Shown one piece after another: positions 42,166-52,152 of a stretch of DNA of 64,000 nt. Below the pieces are notes generated by a model. That model worked only from the letters and a program-made list of their open reading frames with translations, was not told the origin of the DNA and did no database searches. Origin of the DNA: an uncultured Gemmatimonadaceae bacterium (GTDB taxonomy: Bacteria > Gemmatimonadota > Gemmatimonadetes > Gemmatimonadales > Gemmatimonadaceae); assembly GCA_963843845.1 (NCBI GenBank), contig CAWJMB010000002.1, forward strand, positions 736,001 through 800,000, written 5' to 3'. Each line of letters starts with the position of its first letter. Position 1 is the first letter of the stretch. Both the position numbers and the translations under genes were made by a program.

Positions 42166-43041
42166 ATGACCCGCTCTTCGATCCTCGTCGCGACCACCGC
42201 CAGCGCCACCGCCCTCGTCGCCCTGTTCGCGTGCAAGGACCCGACGCACGAGACGGCCGCCCCGACGCGCGTCTACGGCGCCGCGCAGTCGCTCGGCAAC
42301 GGCACCATGCGCTCCTACATCGCCACGGCCCCGAACGACCCCGCGACGCCGGTCGAGGTCGGCGTGGCGCTGAGCGAACAGGCGCTGCAGGGGCTCCCCG
42401 CGGCGACGGGCGACATGATGCGCGACATGCACATGTACATCCTGGAGCTGCCGGCGAAGAACCCGACGCCGTACACGTTCGTGCAGTTCGACTGGAACCC
42501 GGCGGGGCACGAGCCGGCCGGCGTCTACGACAGCCCGCACTTCGACTTCCACTTCTGGAAGGTGCCGCGGGCGGTGCGCGAGTCCATCGTGCCGAGCGAC
42601 CCGGCGTACGGCACGAAGGCGGGAAAGCTCCCGGCGCAGCAGTACCGCGCGCAGTTCTACGTCGACGGCATGACGGCGGCGGGGGGCGCGCCGGCCGCCG
42701 CGGTCGCCGTGCCGCTCATGGGGATGCACTGGATCGACGTCCGCTCGCCGGAGATCCAGGCGCTGACCGGCAACCCGGCCGGCTACAAGCCGTTCACGAC
42801 GACGTTCCTCTACGGATCGTGGGACGGCGAGTTCGTGTTCGACGAACCGATGATCACGCGGGCGTACATCCTCGCGAAGCACGAGGCGACCGACCCGGCG
42901 GTGCGCGACGAGGTCATCCAGGTGCCCACGCCGGGGCAGCAGGCGAAGCCCGGCTACTACCCGAGCGCGTACCGCATCGCGTGGGACGCGGCGGCGAAGG
43001 AGTATCGCATCGCGCTGACGCAGCTCGCGAAGCGGAACTGA
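42166..43041 (+). CDS. DUF5602 (TTHB210-like) lipoprotein
   Basis: Lipobox LFAC; DWNPAGHEP, PHFDFHF, VPLMGMHW, FLYGSWDG..FDEPMIT, GYYPSAY. Confidence 0.8.
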   Translation: MTRSSILVATTASATALVALFACKDPTHETAAPTRVYGAAQSLGNGTMRSYIATAPNDPATPVEVGVALSEQALQGLPAATGDMMRDMHMYILELPAKNPTPYTFVQFDWNPAGHEPAGVYDSPHFDFHFWKVPRAVRESIVPSDPAYGTKAGKLPAQQYRAQFYVDGMTAAGGAPAAAVAVPLMGMHWIDVRSPEIQALTGNPAGYKPFTTTFLYGSWDGEFVFDEPMITRAYILAKHEATDPAVRDEVIQVPTPGQQAKPGYYPSAYRIAWDAAAKEYRIALTQLAKRN

Positions 43042-43053
43042 CGTGGGAAGGGC

Positions 43054-43090
43054 GCGTCACGCGGAGTGCGCCGCACCCTCCGCGTGACGC
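43054..43090. terminator. GC-rich hairpin between convergent genes
   Basis: Perfect 13-bp arms GCGTCACGCGGAG / CTCCGCGTGACGC; no U-tract. Confidence 0.5.
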
Positions 43091-43095
43091 ACGGC

Positions 43096-44373
43096 TCACC
43101 GCGCGACCGGGTACTCCCCCGTCTCGCTCTTGCGCAGCAGCCGCGCCTCCGGCACCACGACGCTCGCGATGAGGAGCCCCGCGGCGAGCGCGATCGCCGT
43201 CATGAGCGTGCTGAACGCCGTCTCCAGCCCGGCGACGGCGCGGCGGTCCATGAGGGCGACGAGGCTGCGGAACCCGACGCTGCCCGGAACGAGCTGCAGG
43301 ATCCCCGGCACGAGCACGACGGCCGCGGGGCGCCGCAGCCACCGCTCATAGCCGCTGCTCGCGAGCGCGACGACGAACGCCCCCGCGAACGCCCCGAGCT
43401 CGGCGCCCAACGCCGCCGTGCCGAGCCGGCCGCCGGCGACGCCGAGCGCGCCGGCGAGCACGATCCACGGCGCGTCGCGCGGCTCGGCGCGCAGGATCAC
43501 CGTGAAGCAGAGCGGCGCGACGGCGAGCGCCGCGACGCTCGCCCACCACGGGAGCGCGGACGGGTCGACCGCCGGCGGCAGCCCGACCGCCGCCGCGCCG
43601 AGCCGGTTGCCCAGGGCGACGCCGAACGTGATGCTGAGGAACGTGATCATCGCGCCGCTGAAGCGCGCCGTCCCCGACGCGAGGTGCCGCGTCGCGAGCT
43701 CGCTCATCGCCGTCGTGAGCGTGAGCCCCGGCATGAGCACGATGAGCCCGGCGATCGTCGTCACGAGCACCGACAGCGGCTGCACGACGTGCGCGAGCAG
43801 GATCGCCGCCGCGCTGACGAGGAACGCCGCGAGCGGCTCGAACACGCTGCCGATCCGCGGCCGCCGCCCCGCGCCCAGCGCGAGCACGCCGAGCGCGAGC
43901 CCGAGCACCCCGGCGACGCCGACCTCGCGCCCGCCGCCGCCGAGGAACACGCACGCCGCCGCCGAGACGACGCCGTAGGCGAGCGTCGTGAGCGCCGGCC
44001 CGTAGCGCGGCGGCGCGGCGACGATGCGCTCGATCGCGAGCGTCCCCTCGCCGGCCGGCATCGTTCCCCGCGCCACGTCGAGCGCCACGCGCTCGAGCGC
44101 GGCGAGCTTGCCGAGGTCGACGTCCCCCGGCGAGACGCGCAGCAGGTACGTGCGCTGCCACGCCTCCGGCCCGAACGACGCCATGATCGACGTCGGCGTC
44201 GAGAAGAACTGGTGTCCCGGCAGCCCGAGCCGGTCCGACGTCGCGCCGAGGACCTCCTCGAGCCGGTTCGCCGAGTGGCCGTGCGTGTGCAGCGCGCGGG
44301 CGAGCCGGAGGACGAACCCGGTCGCACCGTCGCCGCGGGCAATGGGGGGCTGATCGAGAGACGAGTCTTGCAT
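43096..44373 (-). CDS. ThrE family threonine/serine exporter
   Basis: FVLRLARALHTHG, FFSTPTSI, LIVLMPGLTLTTAMSELA, LVPGSVGFRS; about 10 TM helices. Confidence 0.85.
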   Translation of the reverse strand: MQDSSLDQPPIARGDGATGFVLRLARALHTHGHSANRLEEVLGATSDRLGLPGHQFFSTPTSIMASFGPEAWQRTYLLRVSPGDVDLGKLAALERVALDVARGTMPAGEGTLAIERIVAAPPRYGPALTTLAYGVVSAAACVFLGGGGREVGVAGVLGLALGVLALGAGRRPRIGSVFEPLAAFLVSAAAILLAHVVQPLSVLVTTIAGLIVLMPGLTLTTAMSELATRHLASGTARFSGAMITFLSITFGVALGNRLGAAAVGLPPAVDPSALPWWASVAALAVAPLCFTVILRAEPRDAPWIVLAGALGVAGGRLGTAALGAELGAFAGAFVVALASSGYERWLRRPAAVVLVPGILQLVPGSVGFRSLVALMDRRAVAGLETAFSTLMTAIALAAGLLIASVVVPEARLLRKSETGEYPVAR

Positions 44374-44374
44374 A

Positions 44375-44444
44375 CGCGGAGAAGGGCAGAATACACGAAA
44401 TCGATCGAAGCGCTGGTCTTCCGTGCATTCTGCCCTGCTCCGTG
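44375..44444. repeat. Palindromic REP-like element, copy 1
   Basis: 26-bp arms with 22 of 26 complementary (CGCGGAGAAGGGCAGAATACACGAAA / TTCCGTGCATTCTGCCCTGCTCCGTG); homologous to the 45877 element. Confidence 0.75.
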
Positions 44445-44471
44445 CACGCGACCCCACCCTCTCTCACCCGC

Positions 44472-45074
44472 ATGGCGATCATCACTCGCGGCTTCACCGG
44501 GCGCCGGGCCGAGATCCCGCCAGAGCGCGTGCCCCCCGGACAGTGGGTCACGCGCGACTTCCCCGTGCTCTCCGCCGGCCCCACGCCGCGCACCCCGCTC
44601 GCGGGCTGGGACTTCCAGCTCCGCGGCGCCGTGAGCGAGTCGCGGCGGTGGACGTGGGACGAGTTCCGCGCCCTGCCGCGGGCCGCGGTCACGGTCGACA
44701 TCCACTGCGTGACGACCTGGTCCAAGCTCGACACGCGCTGGGAGGGGGTGCTGATCGACACGCTGCTCGACGGTGTGGACCCGGCCGGCGCCTTCGTCAC
44801 GGCCTTCTGCGACGGCGGCTACACGACGAACGTGCCGCTCGCCGACCTCGTGAACGGGCGGGCGATGATCGCCGACACGTACGACGGCGAGCCGCTCGAG
44901 CCGGAGCACGGCGGGCCGGCGCGGCTGCTCGTGCCGCACCTCTACTTCTGGAAGAGCGCGAAGTGGGTGCGCGGCCTCGAGCTCACGGCGAGCGACGTTC
45001 CCGGCTACTGGGAGGCGCTCGGCTACCACGACCGCGGCGACCCGTGGACCGAGCAGCGCTACCGCGACCCGTGA
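44472..45074 (+). CDS. Sulfite oxidase-like molybdopterin oxidoreductase
   Basis: RVPPGQW..DFPVLSAGPTP, DIHCVTTWSKLDT, YTTNVPL, EHGGPARLLVPHLYFWKSAKW, GYWE..GYHDRGDPW. Confidence 0.9.
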   Translation: MAIITRGFTGRRAEIPPERVPPGQWVTRDFPVLSAGPTPRTPLAGWDFQLRGAVSESRRWTWDEFRALPRAAVTVDIHCVTTWSKLDTRWEGVLIDTLLDGVDPAGAFVTAFCDGGYTTNVPLADLVNGRAMIADTYDGEPLEPEHGGPARLLVPHLYFWKSAKWVRGLELTASDVPGYWEALGYHDRGDPWTEQRYRDP

Positions 45075-45086
45075 GCGGCTGAGGCG

Positions 45087-45857
45087 ATGCCCGAGCGGCC
45101 GTTCGCCGAGCGCGGAAGCGTCACGCGGCTCACGTGGCAGCCGGCGCGCGTCGTCGCGACGCGGGCGGAGACGCCGCGCGTGACGACCGTCGTGCTCGAC
45201 GTGCCGACGTGGCCCGGCCACCGCGCCGGCCAGCACGTCGACGTGCGCCTCACCGCGCCCGACGGCTACCAGGCGCAGCGCAGCTACTCGATCGCCTCGC
45301 CGCCGGGCGCGCCCCTTCTCGAGCTCACCGTCGAGCGGCTCGAGGAGGGAGAGGTCTCGTCGCACCTCGCGACGGCGCTCCTACCCGACGACGTGTTCGA
45401 GCTGCGCGGGCCGATCGGCCGCTACTTCGTCTGGGAGCCGACGCTGCGCAGCCCGCTCGCGCTGATCGCGGGCGGGTCCGGCGTCGTGCCGATCATGAGC
45501 ATGCTGCGCACGCGCGCCGCGGCCGGCAGCACGGTCCCGACGACGCTCCTCTACTCGGCCCGCTCGATCGACGAGGTCATCTATCGCGACGAGATCGATC
45601 GTCTCGCACGCGACGATCCGTCGCTGTCGGTGACGTACACCCTGACGCGCTCGCACCCCGCGGACTGGACCGGCCGCCGGCGCCGCCTCGATCGCGCGAT
45701 GCTCGTCGAGACGATCCCGGCGCCGAACGATTCGCCGCTCGTCTACGTCTGCGGCCCGACGTCGATGGTCGAGCTGGCCGCGCACCTCCTCGTCGAGCTC
45801 GGCCACATGCCGACGCGCATCCGCACCGAGCGCTTCGGGCCGACCTCGATGGCGTGA
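45087..45857 (+). CDS. Ferredoxin-NADP reductase-like FAD/NAD-binding oxidoreductase
   Basis: AGQHVDVRL, RSYSIAS, GEVSSHL, RGPIG, IAGGSGVVP, YVCGP, TERFG. Confidence 0.9.
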   Translation: MPERPFAERGSVTRLTWQPARVVATRAETPRVTTVVLDVPTWPGHRAGQHVDVRLTAPDGYQAQRSYSIASPPGAPLLELTVERLEEGEVSSHLATALLPDDVFELRGPIGRYFVWEPTLRSPLALIAGGSGVVPIMSMLRTRAAAGSTVPTTLLYSARSIDEVIYRDEIDRLARDDPSLSVTYTLTRSHPADWTGRRRRLDRAMLVETIPAPNDSPLVYVCGPTSMVELAAHLLVELGHMPTRIRTERFGPTSMA

Positions 45858-45876
45858 CGACGAGACGGGTTTTCAA

Positions 45877-45952
45877 TGCACGGAAAAGGGCCGAATGCAC
45901 GGAACGACCGACGTCTCTAGTCTATTCGGTGCATTCGGCCCGTTTCCATGCA
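45877..45952. repeat. Palindromic REP-like element, copy 2
   Basis: 28-bp arms with 25 of 28 complementary (TGCACGGAAAAGGGCCGAATGCACGGAA / TTCGGTGCATTCGGCCCGTTTCCATGCA). Confidence 0.75.
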
Positions 45953-45977
45953 CGCGCCCCCTCTCTCTTCCACAGCC

Positions 45978-46295
45978 ATGTTGACCGTTCACGTCCACGT
46001 CCACGTGAAGCCCGAGGCGGTCGACGCGTTCGTCGCCGCGACGCAGGAGAACGCGCGCAACAGCATCCAGGAGCCTGGCGTCGCGCGCTTCGACGTGATG
46101 CAGCAGACGGACGACCCGACGCGGTTCCTGCTGATCGAGATCTACCGCACCGACTCGGCGCCGGCCGAGCACAAGGCGACGGCGCACTACGCCGTCTGGC
46201 GCGACACCGTCGAGTCGATGATGGCCGAGCCGCGGCGGAGCGTGAAGTACGTCGACCTCACGCCCACGCCGCCAGGAGCAGCCAGCTCGCGATAG
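45978..46295 (+). CDS. ABM domain protein (putative quinol monooxygenase / LsrG-like)
   Basis: [35 protein letters not shown]. Confidence 0.85.
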   Translation: MLTVHVHVHVKPEAVDAFVAATQENARNSIQEPGVARFDVMQQTDDPTRFLLIEIYRTDSAPAEHKATAHYAVWRDTVESMMAEPRRSVKYVDLTPTPPGAASSR

Positions 46296-46749
46296 CGAAG
46301 CCGAAGCCGCTCTTCAGCGCCGCGCCGACGACGCGGCCGAGCATCGCGCCGGTCGCGACCCGCGTCAGCGACGTCCCCGGCTCGCGCCGACTCGCCTCGG
46401 CAGCGAACGCGCCGACGAACGCGCCGACGAAGCCGCCGATCACCGAGCCGACGATCGGGATCGGCACGCCGACGAGCGCGCCGATGAAGCCGCCGAGGAT
46501 GGCCCCCCACCCCGCGCGGCGCGACCCGCCGAAGCGCGTCGTGAACTTCGCCGAGACCGCGAACTCGATCAGCTCGGCGACGATCGCGAGGACGAGCGCG
46601 CCGATCAGCGTCGTCCACCCGATGCGCCCGCTCCCCGCGAGCTGGTTGAAGCCGAGGCCCACGGCGAGCATGAGCCAGATCCCCGGAAAGCCGAGCGGGA
46701 TCGTGACGAGGCAGGCCAGCAGGAGGATCGCGAGGAGCAGGAGCGACAT
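46258..46749 (-). CDS. DUF456 family membrane protein
   Basis: [45 protein letters not shown]. Overlaps the ABM gene convergently. Confidence 0.8.
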   Translation of the reverse strand: MSLLLLAILLLACLVTIPLGFPGIWLMLAVGLGFNQLAGSGRIGWTTLIGALVLAIVAELIEFAVSAKFTTRFGGSRRAGWGAILGGFIGALVGVPIPIVGSVIGGFVGAFVGAFAAEASRREPGTSLTRVATGAMLGRVVGAALKSGFGFAIASWLLLAAWA

Positions 46750-46819
46750 CGGACCGGCGGGCGCGGGTGGGTCGGGACGTCCGGGCATGATACCCTACGC
46801 GCCCGCGCCGCGAATGGCG

Positions 46820-48743
46820 TCAGAGCTCGATCTGCGCTCCCAGCTCCACGACCCGGTTCGGCGGCAGCCGGAAGAACTTCGTCGCCGGGCGCGCGTTGCT
46901 GGGCCATCAGCGCGAACAGCTTCTCGCGCCACACGGCCATCCCGTGGTGCGCCGTCGTCGCGATGAGCGTCTCGCGGCCGAGGAAGTAGGTCGTGTCCAT
47001 CGGCGCGCAGCGTGAGGCCGAGCGGCGCGAGCTCCGCGAGGGCGGCGGGAACGTCGGCGTCCTCCATGAAGCCGTAGCGCAGCCGCACCTGCCAGAAGCC
47101 GCTGCCCGAGGTCCTCGACCGCGGCGCGCTGCTCGGGCGGCACCGTCGGCACCTCCTGCGTGATGACGGCGAGGAAGACGACGCGCTCGTGCAGCACCTT
47201 GTTGTGCTTCAGGTTGTGCAGCAGCGCGGGCGGCGTGCCGCTGCGTGTCGCCGAACATGAACACCGCCGTCCCCGTCACGCGGTGCGGCGGGTGCGCCGT
47301 GAGGCTCTCGATGAACTCGGTCGCGCGGCAGCGTGCGCTCGCGCATCCGCTCCGACGAGGATGCCGCGCCCCGTCTTCCACGTCGTGAGCAGCGTGAAGA
47401 CGACGAGCGCCGATGACGAGCGGGAACCAGCCGCCGTGCGGGATCTTGAGCGACGTTGCGCCGAGAAGAACGCGAGGTCGATCGACGAGGAAGACGCCGG
47501 CGACCGCGCGCCGCCTTCGGCGCGCTCCATCCCCACCGCTCGCGGGCGACGAAGTAGAACAGGATCGTCGTGATCGACCATCGTCGTCGTGACGGCGACG
47601 CCGTACGCCGCCGCGAGGTTGCTCGACGTGCGGAAGCCGAGCACGAGGCCGATGCAGCGCGACCATCAGCGCCCAGTTCACCGACGGGATGTAGATCTGC
47701 CCCGTTCGCGCGCCGACGTGTGGTCGATGCTGCACGCGCGGGCAGTAGCCGAGCTGCACCGCCTGGAGCGTGAGCGAGAACGCGCCGGAGATCAGCGCCT
47801 GCGACGCGATCACCGTCGCGAGCGTCGCGATGAGGACGACCGGCAGCAGCGCCCACGCCGGCGCCATGCGGAAGAACGGGTTCGCGATCGCCGCCGGGTC
47901 GCGGATGAGGAGCGCGCCCTGCCCGAAGTAGTTGAGCAGCAGCGCCGGCAGCACGAGCGCGAACCACGCCGAGCCGGATCGGCTCGCGTCCGAAGTGCCC
48001 CATGTCCGCGTACAGCGCCTCGCCGCCGGTGACGACGAGGAACACCGAGCCGAGCACGACGAAGCCGTGCCACCCGTTCGTCGACGAAGAAGCGCACGCG
48101 CGTGCGTCGGCAGCACGGCGCCGAGCACCGCGGGGCTCGCGCACGACCTGCCACGACGCCGAGCGCGGCGATGACGGCGAACCAGAGCAGCATCACCGGG
48201 CCGAAGACCCGGCCGACGCTTCGCCGTGCCGCGGCTCTGCACGAGGAACAGCCCGACAGGATGACGATCGTGATCGGCACGACGAACGGCGCGAACGCCG
48301 GCGTCAGCACCTCGAGCCCCTCGACCGCGCTGAGCACCGAGATCGCCGGCGTGATCATGCCGTCGCCGTAGAGCAGCGCCGTGCCGAACAGGCCGAGGAT
48401 GATGAGGCCCCACCGCCCGCGCCGCAGCGCGTGCGTCGGCGTGATGAGCGACGTCAGCGCGAGGATCCCGCCCTCGCCGCGGTTGTCGGCGCGCAGGATG
48501 AAGACGAGGTACTTGACCGAGATGACGAGGAGCAGCGACCAGAAGATCAGCGACAGCATGCCGAGCACGTTGTCGGGCGTCGGCGCGACGCCGTGCGACG
48601 GGTGGAACGACTCCTTGATCGCGTAGAGCGGGCTCGTGCCGATGTCGCCGTAGACGATGCCGAGCGCCGGCGAGCGACAGCGTGTACAGGTAGCGCCCGG
48701 AGGGGGTGTCGCCCGACGGCGCGGCGCTGGCGTGTGCGTCCAT
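46820..48743 (-). CDS. kup: KUP/HAK/KT potassium transporter; many apparent frameshifts
   Basis: [104 protein letters not shown]. Confidence 0.92.
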
Positions 48744-48821
48744 GCGGGAAAGCTAGGAGTGCCGTGCGCGGCGCCGGCGTCCGAAGGCGCGCTTTAACGG
48801 ACTTTTTGTGCAGATTGCGGC

Positions 48822-49534
48822 ATGAACGGTCCGCGCGCGCCCCGCGTGCTCGTCGTCGACGACGAGACCCCGATCCGCTCGATCGTGCGTGCCGCGGTCG
48901 AGTCGGACGGCGGCATCGCCTACGAGGCGGCGAACGGCGCGACGGGGCTCGCGCTGGCACGGCGCGAGCGCCCCGACCTCGTCGTGCTCGACCTCGGCCT
49001 CCCCGACATGGACGGCCTCGCCGCCTGCCGCGCGCTGCGCGAGTGGACCGCGGTGCCGATCGTCGTGCTGTCGGCGCGGCACACCGATCGAGAGAAGGCG
49101 CAACTGCTCGACGCGGGGGCGGACGACTACCTGACGAAGCCGTTCAGCACGCTCGAGCTGCAGGCGCGGCTCCGCGCCCAGCTGCGGCGGGCGCGCATGA
49201 CGCCCGTGCCGGGGGCGACGCGCCGGTGCAGGTCGGCGCGCTCGTCGTCGACATCGCGAACCGGCGCGTGCTGCGCGACGGCGCGGCGGTGCACCTCACG
49301 CCGACCGAGTGGGAGCTGCTGCGCGTGCTCGTCGCGCACGCCGGGCGGACGCTGACCCACCGGCAGCTGTTCGACACGGTGTGGGAGCGCGACCACGGCG
49401 ACGCGCAGCAGTATCTCCGCGTCTACGTCGCGCATCTGCGGCGGAAGATCGAGTCCGACCCGCTGCGCCCGACGCTCATCGTCACCGAGCCGGGGGTCGG
49501 CTACCGCTTCGAAGCGCCCGGCGTGCACGCATGA
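48822..49534 (+). CDS. kdpE: KdpE-like OmpR-family response regulator; apparent frameshift near 49215
   Basis: VLVVDDE, LDLGLPDMDG, LDAGADDYLTKPF; HLTPTEWELL, QYLRVYVAHLRRKIE, TEPGVGYRF. Confidence 0.85.
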
Positions 49535-49610
49535 CGCGCGCGAACGCATGACGCGCGCGAACGCATGACGCGCGCGAACGCATGACGCGCGCGAACGCAT
49601 GACGCGCGCG
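49527..49610 (+). repeat. 17-bp tandem repeat (ACGCATGACGCGCGCGA), about 5 copies
   Basis: Units start at 49527, 49544, 49561, 49578 and 49595; each contains an ATGA start/stop overlap. Confidence 0.95.
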
Positions 49611-50666
49611 GCCCGTCGTCGGTGGGCGATTCCGCTCGCCGCGGCGCTCGCGCTCGTCGCCGTCACCGTCGCGCTGCTGCCGTTCCGCCCGCGACTCGAC
49701 CGCGCGCACGTCGTGCTCGTCTACCTGCTGGTGGTGTTGGGCGGGAGCGCGGCGGCCGGGCGGGCGGCCGGCATCGCGCTCGCGTTCGGCGCCTTCCTCG
49801 CCTTCAACTTCTTCTTCCTCGCGCCCTACCACACGCTCGGCGTGACGGCGCCGCTCGACTGGCTCGTGCTGGCGGCGTTCCTCGCGACGGGGATCATCGC
49901 GGCGCACCTGCTCGCGCGCGCGCAGCGAACGGCCGCCGAAGCGGACCAGCACGCGGCGCGCGCTGCGGCGCTGCGCGAGGCCGACCGCCTCAAGGACGCG
50001 CTGCTCGCGACCGTCTCGCACGACATCCGCACGCCGCTCACGACGATCCGCGCCCTCGCCGACGAGATCGCGGCGACCGGCGACGAGCGGGCGCTCGTCA
50101 TCGTCGAAGAGAGCGACCGCCTGAACCGCTTCGTCGCCGACCTCCTCGACCTGTCGCTCCTGTCGGCGGGCGGCGTGCCGCTCGCGATCGCGCTGAACGC
50201 GGCGGAGGACGTGATGGGGGCGGCGCTGCAACGCGTGCGCGGCATGGCCGGCGCGCACACGATCCGCGCCTCGCTCGACGCGACCGAGCCGGTCCTCGTC
50301 GGCCGCTTCGACTTCGCGCACACGCTGCGCATCATCGTGAATCTGCTCGAGAACGCGCTCAAGTACGCACCGCGCGACACGCCGATCGATCTGTCCGTGC
50401 ACCGCGACGGCGCGCGGCTCGTGTTCGACGTCGCCGACCGCGGGCCGGGGATCGCCGCGGCGGACATCGGACGGGTCTTCGAGCCGCTGCTCCGGTTGCG
50501 GAGCGCGGCGCCGGACGTCGGCGGCGCGGGGCTCGGGCTCGCGATCGCGCGGGGGTTGGCGGAGGCGCAGGGCGGGGCGCTGACCTACGCGGCGCGCGAC
50601 GGCGGGGGGAGCGTGTTCTCGCTCGCGGTGCCGGCGGCGGATCTCGCCGATGCGGCGCTCGCCTGA
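49599..50666 (+). CDS. Short KdpD-like sensor kinase (DUF4118 TM, HisKA, HATPase)
   Basis: HVVLVYLLVV, AFNFFFLAPYHTL, LLATVSHDIRTPLT, NLLENALKY, DRGPGI, GAGLGLAI. Lacks the KdpD N-terminal, Usp and GAF domains. Confidence 0.85.
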   Translation: MTRAARRRWAIPLAAALALVAVTVALLPFRPRLDRAHVVLVYLLVVLGGSAAAGRAAGIALAFGAFLAFNFFFLAPYHTLGVTAPLDWLVLAAFLATGIIAAHLLARAQRTAAEADQHAARAAALREADRLKDALLATVSHDIRTPLTTIRALADEIAATGDERALVIVEESDRLNRFVADLLDLSLLSAGGVPLAIALNAAEDVMGAALQRVRGMAGAHTIRASLDATEPVLVGRFDFAHTLRIIVNLLENALKYAPRDTPIDLSVHRDGARLVFDVADRGPGIAAADIGRVFEPLLRLRSAAPDVGGAGLGLAIARGLAEAQGGALTYAARDGGGSVFSLAVPAADLADAALA

Positions 50667-50831
50667 GTCGTGGGGGGCTGCCGGGCGCTGCCGGCTCGAT
50701 CGCTGACGGCCCGCCGCCGCTCCTGCGCTCCGCGTCGTCAGCTGCGTTCCGCGCTTCCAGCCCCGCCGTCGCGCCGCGAGTCACGCCGTGAGTCGCGCCG
50801 AGTGCGGTAGTCGGTCGCGCCAGATCGCCTC

Positions 50832-52126
50832 TCACCCGGCCAGCTCGGCGACCCGCTCGAGCAGCATCGTCCGCTCCCGCGTATTCCGCGTCAGCTCCGC
50901 CGCCCGCCTCAGCTCGACCCGCGCCTCCTCCGTCCGCCCGAGCTTCGCGAGCAGATCGCCCCGCACGCTCGGCAGGAGATGGTAGCGCGCCAGCATCGGC
51001 TCGTCGCGCAGCGACTCGACGATCGCCAGCCCCGCCTCCGCCCCGAACGCCATCGCGACCGCGACCGCGCGGTTCAACTCCACGATCGGCGACGGCGTCA
51101 GCACGCGCAGCGCATCGTAGAGCGCCGCGATGCGCGCCCAGTCGGTCGCATCGGCCGTTCGCGCGCGTGCGTGACACGCCGCGATCGCCGCCTGGAGCGC
51201 GTAGGGTCCGAGCGCCACGCCCCGCGCCGCGGCGAGCCGCTCGGCCGTGCCCAACGCTGCGAGCCCCGGCGGATGAGCAGCTGGTCCCACCGCGCGCGGT
51301 TCTGGTCGAGCAGCAGGATCGGCGTACCGTCCGGCGCCGTGCGCGCGCCGAGTCGCGAGGCCTGGATCTCCATGAGCGCGACGAGGCCGTGCGCCTCGCC
51401 CTCGTCCGGCACGAGCCCGGCGAGAATGCGGCCGAGCCGCAGCGCGTCCTCGCAGAGCGCGGGGCGCGTCCAGTCGTCGCCTGCCGTCGCGGAGTAGCCT
51501 TCGTTGAAGACGAGGTAGACGACCTGGAACACCGACGCGAGCCGCGCCGTGAACGCGGCGCCGCGCGGGACCTCGAACGGGACGCGCGCCGCGGCGAGCG
51601 ACTTCTTCGCGCGCACGACGCGCTGCGCGATCGTCGCCTCGGAGACGAGGAAGGCGCGCGCGATCTCGTCGGTCGTGAGTCCGCCCAGCAGACGGAGCGT
51701 GAGCGCCACGCGCGCGTCGGTCGACAGCACCGGGTGGCAGGCGACCAGCATCAGCCGCAGCAGGTCGTCGCCGACATGGTCGTCGAGCGCCTCGTGCAAC
51801 GCGATCACGTCACCGTCCCGCCGCGCGTCGAGGTCGCGGCCGATCGCCGCGTGCGTGCGGTCGAGCATCGGCGCGCGGCGCAGCGCGTCGATGGCGCGGC
51901 GCTTCGCGGCAGCCATGAGCCAGGCGCCGGGGTTGTCCGGCACGCCCGCCTCCGGCCATCGCTCGAGGGCGGCGACGAACGCGTCCTGCGCGAGATCCTC
52001 CGCCGCCCCGACGTCGCCGACCATGCGGGCGAGCGCGGCGATGAGCTTCGCCGACTCGATGCGCCACACCGCCTCGATCGCGCCGAACGTGGTCGCGCGG
52101 TGCGGCGCATCGTCATCGTGCGTCAC
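50832..52126 (-). CDS. ECF42-type sigma factor with C-terminal TPR/DUF6596 extension; apparent frameshift near 51265
   Basis: AEDLAQDA, PDNPGAWLM, DDLLRLMLVACHP, VALTLRLLGGLTT, YLVFNEGY, GPYALQAAIAACH, LNRAVA. Confidence 0.88.
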
Positions 52127-52152
52127 GTCGGCTGCGTCACGTCGTCACGTCG

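Noticed and set aside
46820..48743. Programmed ribosomal frameshifting in broken genes
   Set aside because: Too many breaks per gene, no slippery heptamers; an error model is simpler.
49527..49610. Short repeats (17-bp, 15-bp, 45-bp) as CRISPR arrays
   Set aside because: Contiguous tandem units without unique spacers; no cas genes.
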